From Neoechinorhynchus agilis (taxonomy: Eukaryota > Animalia > Acanthocephala): a stretch of DNA of 64,000 bases. The stretch is taken from NCBI GenBank assembly GCA_051530055.1, contig CM121343.1, positions 776,389-840,388 on the forward strand, given 5' to 3'. Under the pieces are notes generated by a model. The model was not told the DNA's origin, made no database searches, and worked only from the letters and a program-made list of their open reading frames with translations. The translations under genes and the position numbers were made by a program. Positions within the stretch are counted from its first letter, which is position 1, and each line of letters opens with the position of its first letter. Of this stretch, positions 10,985 through 23,499 are shown in pieces.

Positions 10985-13900
10985 AAGGGCTCATGTACTT
11001 TTGGGTGTTCATTAGCATTCAAGTTCACAATTGTTCAAAAAACGTATCCGTTAGGATTGGAATATCCAGTCGACGGGGCATCCGTTCGGTTGGGAATATC
11101 TAGTCGGTGGGATACCTATTCGTGTGGGTGTGACATTCCTTGAAATACTTAGTTAACGTTTTTTAATATTCGTCCAGATAACACACACACACGAACAACG
11201 GTCAACACGATGGGTAACATTGATTGGCCACGTCAGCATGCCGCTACTTATCATAGTGAGAACTATCTAGTCGGGGACGGTTCGTTCGGGTGAGGATGTG
11301 TCCGTTCGTTTGATAATATTCGGTTGGATTGGAAGGCGTGTTTTGGGAATTGGCGGGTATTGTTTGCAGGAACGCTTGTAAGGTTGGTCTTTCTTCAGGT
11401 TCATTCCAAGTTCTGATATCCAAGATGATTGGACAGCATGGAAATTGGAGCGTAGGTATAGTGAGGCTCGACGTCAAGGGAGGATGAAACGATTTAGGAT
11501 CACGAGTGTTGTGCTCGTGTTAAAAGGGAGCGATGTGTTGTAGAAATTGTGGTTCAACAGTTGATAGGCGTTTTGATTGTTTAATGAAATAGTATCAATT
11601 CATTCGGTGAGAGGGGGAAAGTGAGTTGTGCAAATTTTAGATGCTCTTTTATGAAGAATTTCAAGACGGCGGATTAGCAATTTGGAAAGGTTGCAAAATA
11701 CGGGATAACCGTGGGTAAGGGAATATAAAATAAAGTAGAAGTAACATTTGGATAGATCTTATGAAAGGATTCCTAAATGTCGGAGGCATTTGAGGAGATA
11801 AATTTTAAAGGCGTTGTGCTTGAAGGAGAGAGTGATGTGCGAGTCCCATTTCAAATTTGATTGAAATTGGATACTCAGAATTCTTACAGAGGTTACCCGT
11901 AAGATGTCATTTAGAAGATCGAGATACGTTATGGGGATTCGGGAGATTGAGGGGATCATTTCGAAGCATTTAGAGAAATTCAGATGGAGTTCGTGATTGG
12001 TTCAGAAATTTTTGTGTGTGATTTCGTTAGAGGCTGAGTAGAGGGAGAGGTGGGGTGATATCGTCGGCGTATAAGAAGAGTTTAAAGTGAGCGGAGAGAG
12101 GTTTGAGGTCGTTTAGAAAAATATTAAAGAGAAGTGGTGACAGTACAGCGCCTTGAGGTACGCCTTTGGTGATGGAAAGGCTGATAGAAGAGGTAGAACG
12201 GCAGTGAATGTATTGTTTACTATTGTGAAGATAAAATTCGAGCCAGCGGATCTGCCACAAGTGGATACCAAAATTGGAGCAGGCCCGGAGGAGTGAACTG
12301 TCCACTGAGTCGAAAGCTTTAGATAAATCAAGCTGAATGAGACTGGTGACGTTGGAGGGATTGTTGTCGAGGTTACGTAGGAGTGTGTCATAAATGCAAA
12401 GTAGGGTATCGGCTGCAGAAAATCTGGGCCGGAAGCAAAATTGTAGGGGCGATAACTTTTCGTTGAGAAGTGAAAGAAGGCGAGGTTTAAAACATTTTTT
12501 TCGGTGACTTTTGAAAGAGCGGGTAGAATGGAAATTGGACGGAATGATTCGGCCGAAATAAGGTGTCATCTTTTGGAACAAGGATAACTTTAGCACTTTT
12601 TAGGAATGAGGGGTAGATGCCGTATAAAGAGCTGAGGTTTATAATGTGGGTAAGAGATCGATGAGTTCGGGATGATGTAGCGAAGAGCCCAGTTTGGGGT
12701 TTCGGATTGAAAGGGCAAATTTTTAAGTAATATCATGAAATACTTTGGTACCTCATATCGGTGAGTTGACAAAAGTTTCAGCTGTGGGCGTGAAGGAGTG
12801 TGTGGAGACTGATGTTGAGCAGTGATTGCAAATTTAGTCATGGCAGGATTTCTGATTAATGGAATCTAGAATCTGTTTTAATTCAGTGGAGGACAAATTA
12901 GTGAAGGGGTCCGGGTGGCGTAGACCAACAGAGTCCTTGACGGCCTACCACTATGTTGAGTTGCCACCTGATCGAATTTTAGAGGAAAGGTAGTTTTTGC
13001 GGGCGATAAGATTTTTGTTAGTACCTTTTGTAAACGGGGAGAATCTGGGGAGTTATTGCGATGGGCCTTCGAAGCTTGCCTTTGTATAGGTTTCCGAATG
13101 GGAATTGTCCATGGAGGGTCGCGGTTGGAGATCCTAATGAATTTCTTGGGAATTGCCGAAGCTAGGGATTTTTTTATGATTGCAGTTATCGAGGAAATGG
13201 CCAAGGAAGGGTCATTTGTGTTGTCAGAGTGGGATGTGCGGATGTTAGAATTGAACAATATAAAATTTTTGATGTGATGATCACGTTTATCCCAGACGGG
13301 TAAACGGGGAGATTTCATACGCTGAGGTGCGGTGGATGGAGTGATAAGGGCAGAGGAATGGCTAGAGTTCGCGGGGGGAGGGAGTTTTGAGGCGGATGAG
13401 TAGGCTTCGATATTTGTGAACACTTTGTCGAGGTGAGGGTCAAGACGAGTTGGGAAGTCAATAAGTCGACGCAACTTCGTGAAGGGTAGAAGAAGAAATA
13501 TATTATTGAAGCCCCTGCAATTAAGAAATGGTGTGAATTTGTGGAGTTTATGAGCTCCATCATAGACTCAATTTGAAGCAAGGACTCAGGACGGGAGGCC
13601 GGAGGGCGATAGACGGCAGCAATGGTGAATTTTCTAAAGCCCTTTCTTAGAGGAGCTATAAAATGGACTGCGATGAATTCTAGACCTGGGTTCGGTGGAG
13701 AGCCCGTGAGAGATAAAGAGTATGGTAGCGATTGCCGTACGTAAATTTAGACCCCCCTCCTGGACGGTCCTCGCGATATTTATGGAAGGAAGAGTACCCG
13801 GGAAGGATGGCTGTATTGCTGTTGTACCGGGTAAGATGATTACGTCGACTTTTGAGGTAGATGAAATGAGTGAAATTTCCTCTAGTTTAGAAAGGCGGCT

Positions 13901-14150
13901 ACGAGTATTGGAGTAGAAAACGGTGGGAAAGTTAATTTTTTGATTTCGGAAAACCGGATAGTGGAAGTGGGCGAGATGGGGGTTGCGTTGTTCATTGCGG
14001 GTGGTTGATTAAGGAAGGAAACCTTACGGGATGCCGACAAAGAACGATTGATTATCCCAAAGAGAGAAGTCCGGGCGACTCGAAAATTTGAGTTGGGTTG
14101 AGTAAATGGTAATGATAGATATGAGGTTAGGGTTGAGACTTTGTATTTGA
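10985..14150 (-). mobile_element. Degenerate APE-RT LINE (CR1/L2/Daphne-like group), near full-length ORF2 with frameshifts
   Basis: Endonuclease pieces HFLIAG and FPTRLDPHLDKVFTNI; RT motifs QFCFRP, LDLSKAFDSV, GVPQGAVLSPLLFNIF, LYADD; thumb RILSIQFQSNLKWDSHI. 5' end approximate. Confidence 0.9.
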
Positions 14151-14187
14151 GTAGGGTTAGAGAGATAATTATTTACTTTATTCGGGA

Positions 14188-14450
14188 AACGCAAAAGGAC
14201 AAAATACAGGGATTTGAGTCGAAATCATTATTTTGTTCCATTTGGCGTCGAGACGCTCGGGTCGTTTGGTACCGCGGCGCAGGACCTGGTCAAGCATAAG
14301 AGATTGAGACGAATCAATGGCGATCCGAGATCAGGAGCATTCCTGTTGTAAAACATAAGTCCGGCTGTGCAACGAGGGAACGCTGCATCCATCATTTCAA
14401 CCGTTACACCGGGATGGCAGCTGAGTGATCCAGAGCGGTGGTGTGAATGA
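14188..14450 (+). mobile_element. 3' fragment of the CRE-like element (endonuclease C-terminus)
   Basis: High DNA similarity to 17430-17696 (RKxTKYRxLSRNHYF.PFGV.TLG). Confidence 0.8.
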
Positions 14451-14949
14451 TTTCACGACATTTATAAATAGAATCCACTGAAAACTTATTAATTTCGCCC
14501 AAGTCAGAGAAATAGTTACAAGACAGAAGCAGACAAGTGACTGCGTTGTACAATCGATCTTTAAGTCTTCCAAACTTGAATTTGCGGGAGTTTGCTTTTA
14601 ATGGGTTAATTATTTGTGATCGAAGTATTGTCAATGGCATGTCTCTTTAAAATTTAATTATTTCATTGAGAACGGATTAAACGCATTAACTTGGTTTTCT
14701 GTAGAAGGTTTTAATGAAATAATCATAGAAGCTGTAAATTCAAATCTTTTATCCAAGTCAGCTAATAGCCATTTTACCCGCTTGAGTGCTTTAGTGATAG
14801 CCGCTTTAGAAATTCTTTTCTAACACACCCTTCCTACTTTTTAAATGTTTGACTTTACTGATCGCAAACGGCTTGTCTTGAGTGGCACCAAGCAGGATGT
14901 GATGACTCGTTACTCCTGTCGAATGCGCGTGCTGATCTTTTGGCATCTC

Positions 14950-16830
14950 TTTCTGTTCGCGTTTGCGTAGTATCTGGCAACGAGACTTTCATAATCCATG
15001 ATTTAGAGCAATTTGACGAGCTATCGAAGGATGACACGACGCTTGGCTACCTCTTGCGAATTTCAGTGGCCATTTAGCGAAAACTAAGAGTCGTGGATTG
15101 CTTATCTGGACTCTATTTCTCCAACTCTTCTGCTCGGGCCTTCAATCTTTGGACTGAAGTCTACGCTACATGATACTGAGAGCGCGACGACCCCGCCTGA
15201 TTCTATGGCTGAGACGTCGGAGGAGTTTGAGAAGGTAAGCTACAATTCACTTGGTATATGCTCTTCCCTTCTACGCCAATTTACAAGGAAGTTGCTCGAC
15301 TCAGGCATATGCTGGCTATCATCTACTGCCCTTCTTCAGCGTCTAAAGAGTGCAAGCGATGCTGCTCGAAGGTGACTTCAATATACAGCACACATTCAGG
15401 CTTATATATTCACAACAATAGCATCTCTAGCCAGGTTCTATGCTTTTAACTCTGATTATGTGCGGCTGTGTTGAATACTACGATCAACTTTCCTGACCAA
15501 GATGAGCCTTTGAAGATTGCCCAAAGCTTGTGTTTAGGCTTGCGCGGCACTGTTTTCCTTAATACGCTCTTCTGGATGCTGCAATCACTGGACTCTGCAT
15601 GCTGTTTAACGCAGCTCCGCCTGATTCCACCAAGGAGTCTGGATAAAAACAAGCGGTGTTCGGTATAACGTGCTCCTCTACCACTTTATGATTGCAGCTA
15701 GGTTCAGATTTGTTGACACCATGTTGTAATCCATCGCTACCGCTTCTGGCGAGTTCTTACGAGTACATGAATGGACAATGCCGAGGTTATTTAGCTCCGC
15801 CTTGGTGTTGGCACCCTTACAGTTGCGCCATAATGTGGACTTCATAGCTGAAGCGAAAGAGTTGGATGCTCATATTCGGGTGTTGCTACGGCGCGGCATG
15901 CCTAGGCCATTGGTGTCTAAACTGTGGACGGCTGTTGTGCCTTTTCCTGCAACCCAAATCGCTCAGGCTTTGTCAGTGGCAACGGCATTTGATGGTTTAG
16001 GGCTTTTAGATCCAGGACCATAAAATACGTTTCTGTCAGTTGAGCAAGAGATCAGTGCTAACCAAGGCAATTGATGATTTGGTTAAGTTGCGCGCCTTCA
16101 TGAGTTCGGATTTCATTACTAAGATTAGTCTTGGATTGCCGCCTGAGAAGAACATCTCTCGTTTGGCAATATATCTAAAGCGGCTCAACTATTCAACCGA
16201 CAATCACATGTTCACACCAAAGGGTGACACACTTGTTCAATACAAATTGGAGTGTAACCGCTGGGTGCGCATGGTGCAGCTATACGCGTCGAGAGATGAA
16301 ATGTCTAGTCGCGTCCTGGTTGGCTACATCGATCGCTGAGTTGCATACAGTCATCAGCAGTTTCAAGAATATGTTAACTAAGATAGATGGTTATGAAACA
16401 GCATTATCTGATTTTTCAATAATAAAGCTGAAAGTGTTGGCTTTATCAGCTAGTACATATTCTTCAATTGCCGAAATACAATACTCTGGCCAGTGTAGTA
16501 TTAGGGAGGCTTTCGGGTAATTGGCTATATCTTGTCGAGACGAATGAGCTTCGCATGCATTTAATACGTGCCGTTGATATCGCACCCAACGCGCTGTAGC
16601 TGACTTTTGGCTGAATGAATCTGCAACTTTGCCGGCTTATATGATGAACCACGTGCATCCGGATACAGCCACATATCTGCACGGTAGGTCAGCTGAGATG
16701 GTGTTTGTCCTGACCAATAACATCAGGAAAGGCGACTTAACTAAGTTGCGCTACTTGATGTACCAAGTGGAGGCAAAGCTCAACAAACGTCTCACACAGG
16801 ATAGCTTGTTGACGTCGTTGTCGAGGAACT
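14950..16830 (+). mobile_element. Highly decayed RT-like remnant, probably R2/NeSL-type non-LTR element
   Basis: Scattered motifs in different frames: AWLPLANF (cf. WLDLANAF), MPRLFSSALVLAP (cf. LPRLLY.LV), ELDAHIRVLLRR, DGLGL, and a CCHC-like CR.E*ASHAFNTCR. Many stops. Confidence 0.45.
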
Positions 16831-16914
16831 GACGCCCATTGACTGATCATTTAATGAATTGGTCATTCTTGCATTTTTGAAGGGGAGTGCAGTAATGAGC
16901 TCTTACTTGAGCCG

Positions 16915-17696
16915 CTAGGCCGTCCGATTCACTCCTCGTAGCGAAAATTCATAACTCTTTAATTTCAAATTCTCGTGACCTGGTGAACCAAACTCGATTG
17001 GCGGCAGTCTTTACAAGAGAATCGAATGATTGGCTCAACGCTATCCAAATCGCTTCTGTGGGTACCCTTCTCTCCGACCTGACAGTAAGGATTGCAGTGT
17101 CCCTGAGACTTGGGGTACCGATGTGCACATCCCATCGCTGCCGTTGTGGAGCGACCGTGGAACCATCGGGATGTCATGGTCTCGTCTGTCGGCAATCAGA
17201 AGGAAGGTACTGACGATACGCCGAAGTGAACGCAATGCTCTTAGTCGTGCTCTGAATACTGTAAATGCGCCCAACATCCTAGAGCGGAGCAATTTTTCCT
17301 GACTCGATGGCCGTAGACCGGACGGTGTCACAGTATTCCCGTGGCCAGAAGGCTAAGACGCCATTCGTAGCCAGCAACATAAAATTCGCCGCTGTTAAAC
17401 CCGGGGGAGCAGCAACCGCCGCTGAGGAACGCAAAAAGACAAAATACAGGGGCCTGAGTCGAAATCATTATTTTGCTCCCTTTGGCGTCGATACGCTCGG
17501 GTTGTTTGGTACGGCGGTGCAAGACCTGGTCAAGCAATTGTCTAAGAGATTGAGACGAATCAATGGCGATCCGAAGGACGGAGCATTCCTCCTACGAAAC
17601 ATAAGTCTGATTCTGCAATGGGGGAATGATGTATCCGTCCTTTCGACCGTTACACCGGGATGGCAGCTGAGTGATCCAGAGCTGTGGGGTGAATGA
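16915..17696 (+). mobile_element. 5'-truncated CRE-clade retrotransposon (Zn knuckle plus restriction-like endonuclease)
   Basis: TRLAAV..SNDWLNAI..RIAVSLRLGVPMCTSHRCRCGATVEPSGCHGLVC; AAEERKKTKY..PFGVDTLG..LSKRL..DPKDGAFLLRNISLILQWGN. Confidence 0.85.
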
Positions 17697-18232
17697 TCTA
17701 ACGCTAATTAAAAGAAGGGATTGGACTTTTAAAAAATTATCAAGAGTGGCAAGCGTTTTACTACTTTTGTAATCGCAAAGGTATAGAATCACGAATAAGG
17801 TTTATGCCAAAGTTGAATGAGAATGCAATCCCAAATACCATCACTTTATAATAATTATAATTGTTGATTATAATATTTCAATATTTTCAGATTTCACCAA
17901 TTAAAAGTTATGATGATTTTTCCACTTATGTTAATCTTTTCACCTACAGTCTGTCAAAACATTGGTCGTAGTGTAAAACAACTCTGAAATTATCTCCTTC
18001 CCAGTCTGAATGTGCCAGATAACCAAATCGGAAACCCCAGTGGGTGAAACGAATGCATTTATTTATTAATGTTGGCTTGATTGCTTGTATGAAGAACGTA
18101 TGAAGTCATTCAACTTGTGATCAGAAGCGTTGGTCAAAGTGACTGACGTTAGAATTTGGATTGAGTGGAGATACTCAAACCTCTCCTATTCACTAAACAA
18201 ACGAATGCACACCAAAATCAACTATAATGAAT

Positions 18233-18850
18233 CTAAGATGAATCGTCGTCCTTTTCTTCTTTCACGTGGTGCTTTAATTGATTTCTCAGATTGACTTTTT
18301 CCTCTTTCTCTTCCTCTTCTAGGGCGTACTTATTGATTCCCGTTGATTTTAGATTTTTTCTGAAATCAGCTTCAGATTGGTCTTTTTTAACGGCTTTAAA
18401 CTTTCCTTCGGTCTTTGAGACCTTTTTTAGGAGCGGTTTAGTGAATTTGCCGACAATGTCATTAATCTTTATGGTTAGTTCATTAATTTCGAGATCTGCG
18501 CATCTAATTTTATATTCTATGTCGTATTTCTCTGATTCCAATTGTTCAATTTCCTTGTGAAGATCGCGGCACAGATTAGATAGGTCACTAGATTCCATGG
18601 CATCAACTCCTGAAGGGAGAGGTGTTACTTTTTCGTTCATATAGTTCGCCTTTTTCTCTGCACTTTGGCTGGCTTCATTCTTCAAATCCTCGGCTGCTTT
18701 TTTTCTGATTAGTAAGCGAAGTTTACGTTTCTTTTCAGGCGTAAGTCCAAATCGTTTCTTTTTCTCGGCAGCATCTCTCAACTCCTTGCGTTTCCGTTCC
18801 CTTTCCTCTCGCTTACGTGCTCGCATTTGGTCCTCATATGAAGTATCCAT
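18233..18850 (-). CDS. TnI: Troponin I, protostome type, single exon, 205 aa
   Basis: LTPEKKRKLRLLIRKKAAEDLKNEA, LCRDLHKEIEQLESEKYDIEY, INELTIKINDIVGKFTKPLLKKVSK, FRKNLK: canonical TnI helices and inhibitory region. Confidence 0.95.
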   Translation of the reverse strand: MDTSYEDQMRARKREERERKRKELRDAAEKKKRFGLTPEKKRKLRLLIRKKAAEDLKNEASQSAEKKANYMNEKVTPLPSGVDAMESSDLSNLCRDLHKEIEQLESEKYDIEYKIRCADLEINELTIKINDIVGKFTKPLLKKVSKTEGKFKAVKKDQSEADFRKNLKSTGINKYALEEEEKEEKVNLRNQLKHHVKEEKDDDSS

Positions 18851-19638
18851 TAGAAATTAAACAGTTGTCGATTTGTGTTTCACAAAGATGAGCGAGATGA
18901 TGGAACAAAGCAGATACTGAGATTGTTCTTCGCTTAGATGATGAAGAGAAAACGAAGCAGATAAACGTTCTGCTATAAGCACACAGGAAGCACGCTTTTA
19001 TGCCAAGTGCTTCTATTTTTTCTTTATTCTCAGTCCCGTCTTCTATCATATCTGCGCTACCATCTTCTGCAACGGCACTTCTTTCCTTGACGATGCAACT
19101 GCCACCAACAGCACAAATTACCACCACCACGAACAGTGGCAGCAGCGGCGGCGGCAGTACTGTTACGGTGACAAGGGCGAAACGATATGCCAACCTTTTT
19201 GGATGCAAGCAACCATTATCTCCATATTTCCCAAGCCAAACGCTTGATACTTGCTTAGTTTTCATAGATGAAAATCCGCAAAGGCTGGTAGACCGCGTAA
19301 ATCTCTTCTACGCCGCTACATTCGCTGGAATTTCCATAGAATCCTGTTTGGTAAAGTTTTTGCGCTCTTCTTGTAATTTAGACCAATAAATCACGGAAAT
19401 AACAAGGCACGACAACATTGTTCTCGAATATCATTTTGGAACCCGTTAGTGTTGTATGTTTGCGACTACTTATGGCAATAGTAATAATAAATGTTTTACA
19501 CCCGCTTTAAGAGAAATGTAACTTGATACTTTGAAAGCAAAATACTTTTTTTGTAACTTAACAAACGTCGATATTGCATCCATTCTACAGCGCTTGTTCA
19601 CTCGAGAATTTCGTAGGATAATAACACTTTTATTTTGA

Positions 19639-21504
19639 TAAAGAAAAGGAACCATGTACCTTTGGGACCTCGTGATCCCTTGAACTAGTGAGTGGATGAC
19701 GGTCGACGACGACGATAAGCGAGCGTTCTCGCTTATAAGTTTTTAAATATAAAGAAAAGGAACCATGTACCTTTGGGACCTCGTGATCCCTTGAACTAGT
19801 GAGTGGATGACGGTCGACGACGACGATAAGCGAGCGTTCTCGCTTATAAGTTTTTAAATATAAAGAAAAGGAACCATGTACCTTTGGGACCTCGTGATCC
19901 CTTGAACTAGTGAGTGGATGACGGTCGACGACGACGATAAGCGAGCGTTCTCGCTTATAAGTTTTTAAATATAAAGAAAAGGAACCATGTACCTTTGGGA
20001 CCTCGTGATCCCTTGAACTAGTGAGTGGATGACGGTCGACGACGACGATAAGCGAGCGTTCTCGCTTATAAGTTTTTAAATATAAAGAAAAGGAACCATG
20101 TACCTTTGGGACCTCGTGATCCCTTGAACTAGTGAGTGGATGACGGTCGACGACGACGATAAGCGAGCGTTCTCGCTTATAAGTTTTTAAATATAAAGAA
20201 AAGGAACCATGTACCTTTGGGACCTCGTGATCCCTTGAACTAGTGAGTGGATGACGGTCGACGACGACGATAAGCGAGCGTTCTCGCTTATAAGTTTTTA
20301 AATATAAAGAAAAGGAACCATGTACCTTTGGGACCTCGTGATCCCTTGAACTAGTGAGTGGATGACGGTCGACGACGACGATAAGCGAGCGTTCTCGCTT
20401 ATAAGTTTTTAAATATAAAGAAAAGGAACCATGTACCTTTGGGACCTCGTGATCCCTTGAACTAGTGATGGATGACGGTCGACGACGACGATAAGCGAGC
20501 GTTCTCGCTTATAAGTTTTTAAATATAAAGAAAAGGAACCATGTACCTTTGGGACCTCGTGATCCCTTGAACTAGTGAGTGGATGACGGTCGACGACGAC
20601 GATAAGCGAGCGTTCTCGCTTATAAGTTTTTAAATATAAAGAAAAGGAACCATGTACCTTTTCGTGATCCCTTGAACTAGTGAGTGGATGACGGTCGACG
20701 ACGACGATAAGCGAGCGTTCTCGCTTATAAGTTTTTAAATATAAAGAAAAGGAACCATGTACCTTTGGGACCTCGTGATCCCTTGAACTAGTGAGTGGAT
20801 GACGGTCGACGACGACGATAAGCGAGCGTTCTCGCTTATAAGTTTTTAAATATAAAGAAAAGAACCATGTACCTTGGGACCTCGGACCCTTTGGGACCTC
20901 GTGATCCTTGAGTGGATGACGGTCGACGACGACGATAAGCGAGCGTTCTCGCTTATAAGTTTTTAAATATAAAGAAAAGGAACCAACCTTTGGGACCTCG
21001 TGATCCCTTGAACTAGTGAGTGGATGACGGTCGACGACGGGAGCGTTCTCGCTTATAAGTTTTTAAATATAAAGAAAAGGAACGCCTTGATCGTGATCAC
21101 TTGAACTAGTGAGTGGATGACGGTCGACGACGACGATAAGCGAGCGTTCTCGCTTATAAGTTTTTAAATATAAAGAAAAGGAACCATGTACCTTTGGGAC
21201 CTCGTGATCCCTTGAACTAGTGAGTGGATGACGGTCGACGACGACGATAAGCGAGCGTTCTCGCTTATAAGTTTTTAAATATAAAGAAAAGGAACCATGT
21301 ACCTTTGGGACCTCGTGATCCCTTGAACTAGTGAGTGGATGACGGTCGACGACGACGATAAGCGAGCGTTCTCGCTTATAAGTTTTTAAATATAAAGAAA
21401 AGGAACCATGTACCTTTGGGACCTCGTGATCCCTTGAACTAGTGAGTGGATGACGGTCGACGACGACGATAAGCGAGCGTTCTCGCTTATAAGTTTTTAA
21501 ATAT
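19639..21504. repeat. Tandem array, 111 bp unit, ~17 copies, with an internal 9 bp hairpin (ataagcgag-cgtt-ctcgcttat)
   Basis: Unit starts at 19861 and 19972 (period 111). Variant or collapsed units at about 20860-21100. Confidence 0.97.
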
Positions 21505-22437
21505 GTGAGCTCGTGTGTCGTCCGGAACAAGCGCTTGACATTCAGTTGCTGTTTCTTACAATATTCATGAATTAGTTTCATTCAAATAAACTTTTATTGA
21601 TCACCGAAACGCGAAATTCGATATGAGTACATCAAGAAAAATTGCGAATAATTTCACATTTTCTGGTTAATAAATCACTATTTTTCCATTGCCTCCCTAA
21701 TCAACTATGACCACCACATTACATTTTCTTATTTTCGTCGCGTATCAAGTAATCCAATGATTGCTTCATTGTAAGAATAAAGTTTATCAATATCTTGACT
21801 TGGACGATAATTTCAGGATTATAGTTAAAATGAGTTTCTAAAACACAAAAGTGATGCATGCTATCTATTCTGAGATTTTTCCTAAAAGAAAACAATATCG
21901 ATTCCATTTAGAAAGTCTTAAAAAGTATAAATAAATTAAATGTCGGATTCTTATTGGTGATATTGGGAGTCTATAGTCTCCTTTATTTAAAAAGTCACTC
22001 CTATTGGGAACAATTGACAGTAGATTATGAATTCGTGTCGTTGTTTGGTTTTGAGATCCACGTCAAATGTACATTTTAAGTATAGATTCAGGCGATTATA
22101 ATACCAAGTAAATATTAAAAAAAGGTTATCGGTCTAAATGAACTATCTAGAATGTTTTTCATATCGATTTCAGTCAGATTCCACACACTTCGAAACAATG
22201 GGATGCTGAAGCAATCATACAGTTTATTGAAGCAGAATAGATCCATCAAGAACATCCTTGGAAAAACGATAAATGCCATATATACAACGAAATTTCATAG
22301 ATATTAAGAGTTTTTTAGTTTATCTTTTAAAATTAATTCAAGGAAAAATATTTAAACGTACGGATCATGCATAAGTTAAAGGCCAAGAAACTACATTTAT
22401 TGTAATCATCAGAAGAATAAGCAGGTTACGTTTTACA

Positions 22438-22763
22438 CACAGCGGAACGTTAATTATCCGGATCAGAATATTGTCCTGCTAAACTTCTGTTGTTCAAGAA
22501 AATCAGAGACGTTTCAGTGAAAAATACTAACATACAGAAACCAAATAAGTGATTATTTTCAATCATAAAGATAAAATTATGCGATTCTACTTCAATTTTG
22601 CCTTTTGAACCAGTTCCACCTCCCGAATGCTATGTGATATCTGTAGCCGTGATTTAAAAACTTGATAAATCACATTGAGTATTCGGTTATCCGAAACCGA
22701 TCTCGTATCCGAATGGTGTCCGATCTAAATTAATTCGAGGGAATAAACGACTCGTTCTTCTGT
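22438..22763. mobile_element. pogo/Tc1-like MITE (CAGYGGAAC...GTTCTWCTG termini)
   Basis: Starts cagcggaacg and ends ctcgttcttctgt; internal block shared with 22788-23120, 35114-35370 and 35497-35950. Confidence 0.6.
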
Positions 22764-22787
22764 CCAAATCGAACGCCTAGATTTTAA

Positions 22788-23120
22788 TACAGTGGAACGT
22801 CGATTATCGGGATCAGAATGCTGTTCTAGTCAATTTCCGTTACTAGAAGAGGATCTTGCAGCGAAAAAACGAAGGTGTACAATCGTATACAGAAAAACAA
22901 GTGATTATTTCCAATAACAAAGTTAAAATTACGTGATTTTCTCTTTGTCCCCAAGAATTTTAAAAACATTTCACATTGAGTATTCGGTTATCCGAAACCG
23001 ATCTCGTATCCGAATGGTGTCCAATCTAAATTAATTCGCGGCCAACGATTATGCTGTTTCTTGTAAAATGATGAGCGATTCGGTTTCTATTTTGTTGCTA
23101 TGGAAAGTAATATTGTCCTG
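22788..23120. mobile_element. Second copy of the same MITE family (right end altered)
   Basis: tacagtggaacgtcgattatc start; 22920-23120 is nearly identical to 35760-35950. Confidence 0.55.
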
Positions 23121-23499
23121 ATGGAGATGTGGGGATAATTGAAAATATTTTATTGGAATATTTCGAAAGAGGAACCTTCACTATTTTACGGCTCGGGTGC
23201 CTTTGATCGTCTCGGGACTGCTCGTACGCCCTAGCATTCTAAATTTTTCCTTCCATGGACAAGACGTCTTCTAAGGTTCTGCCCCTCTCCACGAAATACC
23301 TTCCAATAAAATCTAAGGGACGTTACCGAGTATTTTCGGTAATTAGATTTTTAATGGAAGGGCGTTGTTTTCTATCCACGGGATTATGATCACCGCATCT
23401 CCTCTATACACGAAAATGTTCTATCGTTTCAAGGACAAGGGTTGAAACTTGGCAAGAAACGCGGAGGGGAAAGATAGTGGAATTAATATATGGACATTT

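Noticed and set aside
15025-15038. aaggatgacacg matches part of U6 snRNA
   Set aside because: Only 12 nt match; the ACAGAGA box and the rest of U6 are absent.
18834-19389. Overlapping ORFs upstream of troponin I, as a possible N-terminal extension exon
   Set aside because: Low complexity, no splice acceptor in front of the TnI ATG, and no E/K/R-rich TnI-type extension.
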